In this document: positions 27,530-36,212 of the stretch, one piece after another
Position numbering within the stretch: the first letter of the stretch is position 1
How the letters are laid out: every line of letters starts with the position of its first letter
IMG/VR virus record: IMGVR_UViG_3300017772_000040
Span: 1 to 39,097 of that record
Strand: one strand, 5' to 3'
Origin: a virus
Lineage: Duplodnaviria > Caudoviricetes
Length of the DNA: 39,097 nt
The notes under the pieces: model-generated
Told to the model about the DNA's origin: nothing
What the model saw: the letters and a program-made list of their open reading frames with translations, nothing else
The model's database searches: none
Program-made: the position numbers and the translations under genes

Positions 27530-28033
27530 TTTTTTCTTAGAATTTTTACGAGCTAATTTTAAAAACTCTTGTTGTTGATTCAATAAGAGTTTTTTTACAT
27601 GTTTACGAAACTCAACTGAAGACTTTAATATCCTACTATCAACCATTGTGGCTGACGACAGAACATCATGATACTCTGGATGTACAAAGTTTTCTAAGGA
27701 GAAGTTATCAGTCTTAGCCCTGATAGGTTTACCAGAGAGTGCACAGACCCAATCTATGGTTTTATAGTTTTCTTTTAATTTATCCATTTCCATAAACTTT
27801 CCAGTAGACCAGTCGTAATATACTCGGTCCTTCTTAGTTGTGTATCTATATTGACACATTTCAAAGATGATATGGACAAATTGATCGCTTTTAGCTCTTT
27901 CTGCCATGATAGGATTTTCAATCAACAATCTTTTTTGTTGTCGTGAAAGATTTGACAAAACTATGCCGAAACGGTTTGAAGGATAACTGCCTCCAGTTCT
28001 CTGTAACTTAGGATATTTCTTACTATAAGCCAT
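27521..28033 (-). CDS. hypothetical basic protein (only credible minus-strand gene)
   Basis: 170-aa ORF filling a gap with no + ORF; has its own late-type motif. Confidence 0.8.
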   Translation of the reverse strand: MAYSKKYPKLQRTGGSYPSNRFGIVLSNLSRQQKRLLIENPIMAERAKSDQFVHIIFEMCQYRYTTKKDRVYYDWSTGKFMEMDKLKENYKTIDWVCALSGKPIRAKTDNFSLENFVHPEYHDVLSSATMVDSRILKSSVEFRKHVKKLLLNQQQEFLKLARKNSKKKLD

Positions 28034-28037
28034 ATAG

Positions 28038-28045
28038 TATTTATT
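28038..28045 (-). promoter_or_regulatory. late-promoter-like octamer
   Basis: AATAAATA on the minus strand, 4 nt before ATG 28033. Confidence 0.55.
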
Positions 28046-28049
28046 CTTG

Positions 28050-28076
28050 AAACATTTTGCTGTTCGAGTGTATAAA
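28050..28076 (+). promoter_or_regulatory. AAAC-N17-TAnAA promoter-like motif
   Basis: AAAC 28050-53, 17 nt, TATAAA 28071-76; in a divergent gap where a promoter is required. Confidence 0.65.
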
Positions 28077-28094
28077 TTCTAAACAAAAAGTACA

Positions 28095-29045
28095 ATGATA
28101 AACGCGTTATTTACAGAAAAGTACAGACCAAAAGACCTAGGTGAACTAATCTTACCTGATAGAGTTATGTCAAAGTTTAAAGATGGCATAACACAGAACA
28201 TGTTATTTGCAGGTTCTCCTGGTACAGGAAAGACATCCTGTGCAAAGGCCTTAGTAAATCAATTTGAATTACCTTACATTTACATCAATGCATCCACAGA
28301 TACCTCTGTCGATGTTATTAGAACAAGAATTATTGATTTTTGTTCAACAATGTCAGTGTTAGACGACCAAGGTAAATTTAAAGTTGTTATACTAGATGAG
28401 GTTGATGGTGTATCTGACCAATTCTTTAAAGCACTTCGTGCTACGATGGAACAGTTTGCAAGTAACTCAAGGTTTATTGCAACATGTAACTATATTAATA
28501 AGCTGCCAGACCCTATTCTTTCAAGATTTGAAGTAATTAATTTTGATTTTGACAAAGAAGAAGAATCTGAATTGACTAAAAAATATATTAAGCGAGTTTA
28601 TCAAATTTGCGGTCAAGAAGAAATGACTATTGAAAAGCCTGCTCTTGTTGAATTCGTAAGACGTAACTTTCCAGATTTAAGAAGTACCCTTAACAAATTA
28701 CAAGGATATAAAACACAGGGAACTTCGAATATAACAATTGACGATGTAAAAAGATTTAACTCCGTTTACAAAGATGTCTTTGAACTTATATTTAATGAAA
28801 CAGACCCTGTTAAAAACTATAAACTCATAGTTAGCGAGTATTCTAACAGAGTTGATGATGTGTTACAGACTCTAGGCGAAGAGTTTATTGAGTATGTTCA
28901 ATCTGAAAAATCAGTAGCTACAAGGTTTATTCCACAAATTGCAATTACAGTAGCAGAGCATCAAGCGCAAAGAAATCAAGTTATCGATCCTGTGATAACA
29001 CTTCTAAGTTGTGTATATAAATTACAGGAAATAGTAAGACAATAA
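28095..29045 (+). CDS. 44: clamp loader AAA+ subunit
   Basis: EKYRP, GSPGTGKT, INAS, ILDEVD, TCN, SRF, FPDLR. Confidence 0.93.
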   Translation: MINALFTEKYRPKDLGELILPDRVMSKFKDGITQNMLFAGSPGTGKTSCAKALVNQFELPYIYINASTDTSVDVIRTRIIDFCSTMSVLDDQGKFKVVILDEVDGVSDQFFKALRATMEQFASNSRFIATCNYINKLPDPILSRFEVINFDFDKEEESELTKKYIKRVYQICGQEEMTIEKPALVEFVRRNFPDLRSTLNKLQGYKTQGTSNITIDDVKRFNSVYKDVFELIFNETDPVKNYKLIVSEYSNRVDDVLQTLGEEFIEYVQSEKSVATRFIPQIAITVAEHQAQRNQVIDPVITLLSCVYKLQEIVRQ

Positions 29046-29102
29046 AAAAAGTTGCTAAAAAATTTCCACAGGTCGCCGGAATTTAGTATATTAGCTAAAT
29101 AA

Positions 29103-29110
29103 GATAAATA
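29103..29110 (+). promoter_or_regulatory. late-promoter-like octamer
   Basis: GATAAATA, 4 nt before ATG 29115. Confidence 0.4.
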
Positions 29111-29114
29111 ATAT

Positions 29115-30341
29115 ATGATGAAACTAGGAAAACACACCCTGATAATAGACGGTAATTACTTCTTACACAGTCGTCTGTTTGTGTTACCAAGAAAGAAAGG
29201 TAAACAACTATTGGGAACCGAAGAAGATAAAGCACAACTTATGAGAAAGTTGTCAATTGATTTTGCATCCGAAGTCAGAAAGATGACACTGTTCGTCGAT
29301 CAGATTGTGGTTGCAGTTGATTCAAAGTCTTGGCGAAAAGACTTGTTCCCAGATGCACAGTACAAAGGCACTAGAACACATGACGATTCAATTAACTGGG
29401 AAAATGTATTTGGAGTATATGCTGATTTTCAACAGATACTTCATAAGAAAGGTGTAATTATCCATCAAGTATCAGGTGCAGAAGCTGATGATGTTCTTTT
29501 TGGATGGTCGACCCAATTAAACAATGAAGGTAAAAACTGTATTGTATGGACAGGTGACAGGGATTTAATCCAACTTGTTAATTACAATAAAGCAACTGAC
29601 GCATATTCTTTATGGTATTACAATTCAAAAAGACACTTAATTGCATTCGAAGGATTTGAAAAAGTATTAAATGCTAGAAAAACAAGCGAAATGTCTAACG
29701 AAGAACTTTTATTCAACATAGGTTCTGACGAAGCAACATACGATAAATTAAAAGAAGACTTCCAGGAATGGACAATTAAGAACAAGGTTTCTATTGAAGA
29801 AATTAATTGCGATGACTTTATCTTTACTAAAATTTTACAAGGCGACAAGTCTGATAATATAAAATCAGTTGTCAGTTGGGAAAAGAGAACTGCATCTGGT
29901 AAAATTAGAAACTTTTCAATAACAGAAAAGCAGGCTATTAAAATATTAGAACAATATAAGAAAGAAGAAGGTGATTTTAAAATCGACCACTTCTTTAATA
30001 AAGAAAGAGTTAACAAATTAGTTGATATAATCTATAGAGTAACGGCTAAGAGTACTATAAATGAAATAAAAATAAGGTTTAATCAAAACCTAGACCTTAT
30101 GCTATTACACTATAATACTATTCCAGAACCTATTCAAAAGCAAATTTTCAAAAGCGTTGAACAAGATGAGCATGTAATGCCTAATATACCAGGTTTATCT
30201 CAGATGGAAAAAATACTAGAAGGAACTAATTGGACTTCTAAAAAATCTACAGGAGCTCCAAAACAATTTGATGCGTTTGACGGATTAAAAGCTTCTTCTG
30301 AAGAAATGCCAAAAACAAAGAGGTTAAATGAGCTTTTCTAA
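29115..30341 (+). CDS. rnh: 5'-3' exonuclease/flap endonuclease (T4 RNase H-like)
   Basis: IIDGN, SWRK..FP..YKGTR, EADD, GDRDLIQL, LQGDKSDNI. Confidence 0.9.
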   Translation: MMKLGKHTLIIDGNYFLHSRLFVLPRKKGKQLLGTEEDKAQLMRKLSIDFASEVRKMTLFVDQIVVAVDSKSWRKDLFPDAQYKGTRTHDDSINWENVFGVYADFQQILHKKGVIIHQVSGAEADDVLFGWSTQLNNEGKNCIVWTGDRDLIQLVNYNKATDAYSLWYYNSKRHLIAFEGFEKVLNARKTSEMSNEELLFNIGSDEATYDKLKEDFQEWTIKNKVSIEEINCDDFIFTKILQGDKSDNIKSVVSWEKRTASGKIRNFSITEKQAIKILEQYKKEEGDFKIDHFFNKERVNKLVDIIYRVTAKSTINEIKIRFNQNLDLMLLHYNTIPEPIQKQIFKSVEQDEHVMPNIPGLSQMEKILEGTNWTSKKSTGAPKQFDAFDGLKASSEEMPKTKRLNELF

Positions 30342-30513
30342 CGAAGAGCACATTGAAGAGATTTTGTGGAATGCTCATGCTAAGGGTATTGTGAACCCTC
30401 TTACGAAAGAGGTTAGTAAGCGCCTTAAAGAGAATCCATATCAGTCTCGCTTAGATGTTTATATACAAGTGTATAATAAACTTACACAAGATAGAAACCT
30501 TTCTAAAAAATAG
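30328..30513 (+). CDS. small hypothetical protein
   Basis: 61-aa ORF overlapping the rnh stop. Confidence 0.55.
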   Translation: MSFSNEEHIEEILWNAHAKGIVNPLTKEVSKRLKENPYQSRLDVYIQVYNKLTQDRNLSKK

Positions 30514-30521
30514 AGTACAAG
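30495..30521 (+). promoter_or_regulatory. AAAC-N17-TAnAA promoter-like motif
   Basis: AAAC 30495-98, 17 nt, TACAAG 30516-21. Confidence 0.5.
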
Positions 30522-30537
30522 ATATAAATCCGATTAT

Positions 30538-30972
30538 ATGCTAGATGAAACTAAACTTTTCGATTTCATTAAGATAGTTTTTACAAAACATTCTAAATAT
30601 AAAACTATTTCTAATCATAATAAGAAGAGACACCATTTTATGATAAACAGGTTCTTTTCAATTAAGTTCCCTGCGAATGCACAGGCATTTAATTTTAATG
30701 GAATAAATCCAGCTGCTGTAATAGATAGCTGGGCTGCAGTCGCCACGAGGTTCAGAGGTGTTCCTGGTTGGATTTACACCAAGACTAAAAGAACCAAAAA
30801 AGAAATAGCATCGGCTAAATCTAAGTATACGGAAAAAGACGAGGTGGTTAAATTTTATATGCAAAAGAATGAAATAGGAGTTAGAGAATTTAAAGAGCTA
30901 CAACAACTATTTCCAAAAGAACTAGATAAAAATTTAAAAAAATTAGAATTATCGATTCAAGTTATTAATTAA
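30538..30972 (+). CDS. 62: probable clamp loader small subunit (gp62-like)
   Basis: LFDFI..., FMINRFFS and a basic W-containing segment resemble T4-like gp62; near gene 44. Confidence 0.5.
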   Translation: MLDETKLFDFIKIVFTKHSKYKTISNHNKKRHHFMINRFFSIKFPANAQAFNFNGINPAAVIDSWAAVATRFRGVPGWIYTKTKRTKKEIASAKSKYTEKDEVVKFYMQKNEIGVREFKELQQLFPKELDKNLKKLELSIQVIN

Positions 30973-31620
30973 ATGATAGAATTTGATTTAAATAGTATTC
31001 CAACAGTAGTTGACGTAACCTTATATAGATATAATTACGTTGATAATAAGTTCTACACTGAACTTAGAAATCAGGTAGACTATAAAGAAATAGATGAAAA
31101 CTCTATATTAGTTAGCGCAAACCAAATAAAGGCTCTTTTAAAAGAGAACTATTCTTCTGAAATTTTAAGACTAAGGTCTAATGGATATGAGTCTTTACAT
31201 AAAGATGCAACTTCAATACATTTCTTACAAACTTTAATCGATGAGTTTTACAATCTTAAATACATTAAGGTTACAGTAAACAAGGATAAATCTTATTCTA
31301 GGATTATTGAAGAAACAGAACAAGCTGGAACATTAATTAAATTTAATTTTAAGGTTTTACATGGAACTATTAGATTGTATAACGCATACAGGTTTGAAGA
31401 TTTATTAGAATTAAATAGAGAATTAGTTAAAGCCGGTATTTTAAAAAACAAACCATACTGTAGAATAACGACAGTTGAGCTTTTAAGAAAGTTAGAGCTA
31501 AGGGTAGGTTTGTTAAATAACAATAATAAGAAGATAGCACTTTTAGACTATTTAGCCGATTCGATAGAGCCTAAAATAGAGGGTGATAATCCAAGACTTC
31601 TCGTAATCACAGATTACTAG
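30973..31620 (+). CDS. hypothetical protein
   Basis: 215-aa ORF abutting the previous stop. Confidence 0.7.
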   Translation: MIEFDLNSIPTVVDVTLYRYNYVDNKFYTELRNQVDYKEIDENSILVSANQIKALLKENYSSEILRLRSNGYESLHKDATSIHFLQTLIDEFYNLKYIKVTVNKDKSYSRIIEETEQAGTLIKFNFKVLHGTIRLYNAYRFEDLLELNRELVKAGILKNKPYCRITTVELLRKLELRVGLLNNNNKKIALLDYLADSIEPKIEGDNPRLLVITDY

Positions 31621-31632
31621 CTTATTTTCAAG

Positions 31633-31640
31633 AATATATA
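31633..31640 (+). promoter_or_regulatory. late-promoter-like octamer
   Basis: AATATATA. Confidence 0.55.
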
Positions 31641-31664
31641 GAAAAAAGTAAGCGAAAACCAAAT

Positions 31665-33638
31665 ATGGTAAAAGGATATACTGCTAATGAATACGGTGAC
31701 TTTTTTATAGCATCGTTACAACAGCCATACAAAGACGTTGTCAGAGTTTTAGATTGGGAAATAATTGTAGGACTTAAACCTTTCAACTTAACAGGAACTA
31801 TAAGTACTGTTAGTGGGTCTACTACAGTTTTAGGAAAAAGAACCAATTTTGAAATCTTAAATGTAGGAGATGACATTTTAATAGGTAACCAATCCTATAG
31901 AGTAGCAACAATCATGTCACCAATTGAATTGAATTTGACAGTTGCCCCTGATTTCACAGTTAATGACATAGAATATTATCTACCTTCAAATAATGCTAAC
32001 AGATTTGATTTTGAATATAGATGGTCAGTTGACGGAAAAACATTTTCAGAGTTTAGAGAATTAAACAAAGACCAAATGTTCGGAGATATATTATCTCTTT
32101 CATTAAACCCAGACAACGATTTTTATATTGATATAAAACCCGAGGTTGTTGCAATTCAACCAGGAAACACGTTAACCCTAGTCTCAATGAACTTTATATT
32201 AGAGACTGGAAGCGGAAGTGTAACTTCTTGTCCTCAATTTTGTACAGATTGTACAGACCCTTATGCGTATACTGGGTGTGCAAATATAATAGTAGATGAT
32301 TGTTCAGATTCTAATTTATTTCAACCTTACAATTTAGGAAAGCATACAAAGCTATATAAAGATTTAAACTTTTTAGTTAGTAACATATTTGGACATAATG
32401 TAACATACTTTAGAACTGAACCTGATACAAGAACGAAAGATGTTATCTTAATGGAATACTCACTACATAATGTAGTTGACCAAGAGAGTGTTAAGATTTT
32501 AGTTCCTGACAACGCATTTCCAGAAGAGACTATCACGTATGATATATTCGGAATGAACTTCGAAGAATTTGAAATTCATATTGTTCAACAAGAATTTGAG
32601 AGAGTTTTTGGTGAAGGTAAAAGACCTAGGTCAAAAGATTATATGTTTATTCCTTTAATTAATAGGATGTATGAAATAAGCTCGGTAAATATCGCAGACG
32701 AGTTTATGCACAGTTCAAGTTATTGGAGAATAAAGCTTGTTAAATATCAAGAAAGGTCTTCAGTTATTAAAGGAGAATTTGATGCCGCAACAGACACGTT
32801 AACGACCGGTATTGAAGAAGTTTTCGGAGAAGAGATTAAAGAAGAATATGAAAAAGATACAAACCCAAGACAGTTTCAAACAGTTACCACTTCATATCGA
32901 GATGGTATTAGAAAATATATTGATTCAGATTTGAATATTCGAGATTATGATTTAAAAAACAGATGGACAGTTGTTAGTAAAAATTACTATGATTTAGAAT
33001 CCGTTTCAGACTTATCAACAGCCTTAGAGTATGATGTAAAATCTGATTTAGATTCTAATTCTAATTTAGCTGTTTCACTATGGTTTCAGCCGAAGTTCAA
33101 ATTTACGGACACCAATGAATATTTCTTATTTGGCGATCAAAGGGCTCTAGTTCCTCAGGGAGAAACAGGAATGAGAATGTATATTAGTAATAATGAACTT
33201 AAAGTTTATCATGGAAGTGACGTTAAAACATTTACACATGGAATAAATTTAGAACCAACAAAATGGTATGGAGTAATTGTAAACTTTAATAATGAGTTTA
33301 GACAATTAGGAGTTTACATTTACAGTTTAGACCCTTCAATAAATACTCGAAGAGTTCCGTCACCTCAATCAGATGACAACAATTTAATACTCGAGTTTGA
33401 TAAAGTAGAAGATATACAGACTCCAATGGTATGGGGTGGAGAAGAATCCAGTTCTAATTTTCATCTTAGAGGTAATAAAACCTATATGACCAACATTAGA
33501 GTATTTACAACTCCTATAGAACTTGAACAACACTCTAACGTGTTAAACCAATATGTGGTAAGAGATAATCAATTAGGTATTTTAATTGACAACGCCATAC
33601 CCAGCATCGGTTACCAGAAGTTCAAGAATGCGAGATAA
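31665..33638 (+). CDS. 14: neck/head-closure protein (gp14-like core) with extra N-terminal domain and C-terminal LamG-like domain
   Basis: Core FGHNVTYF..DVILME..DIFGM..RP..KDYMFIPL.NRMYEI; C-terminus VSLWFQP, KWYGVIV, TNIRVF. Confidence 0.65.
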   Translation: MVKGYTANEYGDFFIASLQQPYKDVVRVLDWEIIVGLKPFNLTGTISTVSGSTTVLGKRTNFEILNVGDDILIGNQSYRVATIMSPIELNLTVAPDFTVNDIEYYLPSNNANRFDFEYRWSVDGKTFSEFRELNKDQMFGDILSLSLNPDNDFYIDIKPEVVAIQPGNTLTLVSMNFILETGSGSVTSCPQFCTDCTDPYAYTGCANIIVDDCSDSNLFQPYNLGKHTKLYKDLNFLVSNIFGHNVTYFRTEPDTRTKDVILMEYSLHNVVDQESVKILVPDNAFPEETITYDIFGMNFEEFEIHIVQQEFERVFGEGKRPRSKDYMFIPLINRMYEISSVNIADEFMHSSSYWRIKLVKYQERSSVIKGEFDAATDTLTTGIEEVFGEEIKEEYEKDTNPRQFQTVTTSYRDGIRKYIDSDLNIRDYDLKNRWTVVSKNYYDLESVSDLSTALEYDVKSDLDSNSNLAVSLWFQPKFKFTDTNEYFLFGDQRALVPQGETGMRMYISNNELKVYHGSDVKTFTHGINLEPTKWYGVIVNFNNEFRQLGVYIYSLDPSINTRRVPSPQSDDNNLILEFDKVEDIQTPMVWGGEESSSNFHLRGNKTYMTNIRVFTTPIELEQHSNVLNQYVVRDNQLGILIDNAIPSIGYQKFKNAR

Positions 33639-33641
33639 ATA
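33634..33641 (+). promoter_or_regulatory. late-promoter-like octamer
   Basis: GATAAATA overlapping the upstream stop. Confidence 0.5.
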
Positions 33642-33660
33642 CTATATAAATTAATGTAAC

Positions 33661-34326
33661 ATGTCTGATAAAGATAAAAAGCCTACAGTAAAGGCACAGG
33701 TTGACGAAATACGAAAGGAGTTAGATGAATTAATTGGATTTGACACAGAACCTATTGAAAAAGTTGTTGAAACCGATCCAGTTCTGCCCGTTAAAAACGA
33801 AGATTACGTTCCACTCCCTTCATTTCCAGAGCTAAAGATTAAATCTACCAAAACAGCCAAGAAAACTATATCCGCTCTAATGAAATTTTATTTAGATGAA
33901 GAGATTATAGAGAAGGATGAGTATATTGCTGCGAAGAAGAAAATGGACGAGATGACAATGGCATCTTTAGTTTATCAATTACAAGCAGGTGAAAGAGCAT
34001 TAACTACTCTTTTAGAAACTATTGAAGATGGTGAATTGGCACCTAGAATGTTTGAAGTTCTTGCAACTCTTCAAAAATCAATGCTAGATATTATTAAATC
34101 CCAGACCATGTATTTGATGGCCACTGAAGAAAGTACTAAAAGAATAGCGAAAGATATTGAGATTTACAAGAAAAGAGAAACTGACAGGGAAATTGCCGAA
34201 ACAGGAGCTTCTACTGAAGATGGAACTGTACAAAGAGGTACTAAAGACTTGATGAGAGCAATTCAGCGAGGAATAACCGACACTAACGAAGAAGATATAG
34301 AAGACGTAGAAGAAACAAAAGAATAA
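33661..34326 (+). CDS. 16: terminase small subunit
   Basis: PRMFEVLATL and G.TKDL motifs; directly upstream of the large terminase. Confidence 0.8.
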   Translation: MSDKDKKPTVKAQVDEIRKELDELIGFDTEPIEKVVETDPVLPVKNEDYVPLPSFPELKIKSTKTAKKTISALMKFYLDEEIIEKDEYIAAKKKMDEMTMASLVYQLQAGERALTTLLETIEDGELAPRMFEVLATLQKSMLDIIKSQTMYLMATEESTKRIAKDIEIYKKRETDREIAETGASTEDGTVQRGTKDLMRAIQRGITDTNEEDIEDVEETKE

Positions 34327-34327
34327 G

Positions 34328-36157
34328 ATGAGCGATTACGTAGGAGATAATGCTTGGATTCCAAAGGGAGGTGCAGATGCAGATATTAAAAAGCTTGTTT
34401 GGTCCACTAAACAAGTAGACGATCTGTTAGTTGCGCTTGATAAGGGTTATAGACCCCAGGTTTCTATGCCTTTTTACGAAGGTAAACAATTTCTACGCAG
34501 AGGTAACATAGTATTCGAATATACTGAAGAAGAGTTAGTTGAGCTTTCAAGGTGTGCAAATGATATAGTTTACTTTGCAGAAAAGTATGCAGTTGTTATG
34601 ACTGACGAAGGCGTTCAACAAGTAAAACTAAGAGACTATCAAAAAGAACTTCTCTATAGCTTTCAAAATGATAGGTTCAATATAGTATTAGCATCTCGCC
34701 AGATGGGTAAAACTGTAACAGCTTCGATATTTAATGCATGGTATTTAACATTTAACTTTGACAAAAATACATTACTATTAGCTAACAAGTCAGAATCAAC
34801 AAAAGAAATTATTGATAAGGCAAAGGTAGTTATCGAAAACCTTCCCTTCTTTATGAAACCGGGTATCATTAAGTATGACGTAATGAACGTAAGGTGTGAT
34901 AATGGGTGTAGGTTAGTTGGGCAAGCAACGACGGCAAAGGCAGGTATCGGGTTCACAATACATAACTTATACTTAGATGAGTTTGCCCACGTTCATCACA
35001 CAATAGTAGATTCTTTTTATGAAAACGTATATCCAACACTCTCAGCTTCTAAAGTATCGCGAATTAACATCACTTCAACTCCAAATGGTTTTAATAAGTT
35101 CTATGAAATATACGCAGCTGCCAATAAAGGAGATAATGAATATACCGCAACTAGAATTGATTGGTGGCAACATCCTGATAGAGATGAAGCGTGGTATGAA
35201 AGAGAACTTGGAAACTTAGGTTCAGAAGAAGCATTTAATAGACAATATGGTAATGAGTTTGTTTCTTCTTCCTCACTATTACTAAGTCCTATTACAATGA
35301 AAAAGATAAGAAAGGATGCTCAGAAATTTGTTTGGCACGATTTAGAAGAATTTGAAAACATACATATTGATACGAAAGATACCCTGTCTTTTCATCCGGA
35401 TTTCGATCCAGAAGAGTCAAATGAAAGTAATAGATTTTTCCTAATGTCAGTAGATATTGCAGAAGGAAATGGAGGAGATTATTCTGTAATCAATGTTTTT
35501 GAAGTTGAACCCATGGAGGATAAGCATATAAAAGAGTTCATAAATCCAGGAGCAATGTACGATTTCTTTAAAATAAATCAAATAGCCTTATTCAGGTCTA
35601 ATGAAAATACAATAGAAGACTTCGCAAAAATCCTATATACCTTATCAGTAGACATATTTAATTCTGAAAACGTAAAAATGGTGATTGAGTTTAATACTTA
35701 TGGAAGTATACTATTAAAATACCTACAAACGGTGTTTCCGGGAAGAAATGACTTTGACGATGAGATGGTTCTTAGGTTTAAACACAGACACGATTCAAGA
35801 ACATTAAAACCAGGAATTAAATTAAAAGCAGATAACAAGTCAGTTTTTTGTCAAAATTTTAAAAAGCTCATAGAGACGAATAGAGTTTTCATAAATGACA
35901 TAGATACTGTTCATGAAGCAAGTTTATTTGGAGTTGTCAGAAATGGAAGCTATGGAGCTCAAATGGGCAATGATGATATTATCATGACAGCTATTACAGC
36001 AACAGAATTCTTTGGAACCACCGATTATGCAGATTATATAGAAGAACTACTAGACTTTATTGACCCAGATAAATTTAAGTTGATGGAAGAAGTACTCTAC
36101 AAGGACCAAGATACATCTGGAGATTTACAATATGACATTTATGATTTGTTGCGATGA
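34328..36157 (+). CDS. 17: terminase large subunit
   Basis: LRDYQ, SRQMGKT, YLDEFAH, TSTPNG, VDIAEG.GGDYS, NDD. Confidence 0.95.
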   Translation: MSDYVGDNAWIPKGGADADIKKLVWSTKQVDDLLVALDKGYRPQVSMPFYEGKQFLRRGNIVFEYTEEELVELSRCANDIVYFAEKYAVVMTDEGVQQVKLRDYQKELLYSFQNDRFNIVLASRQMGKTVTASIFNAWYLTFNFDKNTLLLANKSESTKEIIDKAKVVIENLPFFMKPGIIKYDVMNVRCDNGCRLVGQATTAKAGIGFTIHNLYLDEFAHVHHTIVDSFYENVYPTLSASKVSRINITSTPNGFNKFYEIYAAANKGDNEYTATRIDWWQHPDRDEAWYERELGNLGSEEAFNRQYGNEFVSSSSLLLSPITMKKIRKDAQKFVWHDLEEFENIHIDTKDTLSFHPDFDPEESNESNRFFLMSVDIAEGNGGDYSVINVFEVEPMEDKHIKEFINPGAMYDFFKINQIALFRSNENTIEDFAKILYTLSVDIFNSENVKMVIEFNTYGSILLKYLQTVFPGRNDFDDEMVLRFKHRHDSRTLKPGIKLKADNKSVFCQNFKKLIETNRVFINDIDTVHEASLFGVVRNGSYGAQMGNDDIIMTAITATEFFGTTDYADYIEELLDFIDPDKFKLMEEVLYKDQDTSGDLQYDIYDLLR

Positions 36158-36176
36158 TAATTCCAACTAAGTTCTA

Positions 36177-36184
36177 GATATATA
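36177..36184 (+). promoter_or_regulatory. late-promoter-like octamer
   Basis: GATATATA upstream of the sheath gene. Confidence 0.6.
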
Positions 36185-36212
36185 GTAAAAAGAAAAATAA
36201 AATCAAAACACT

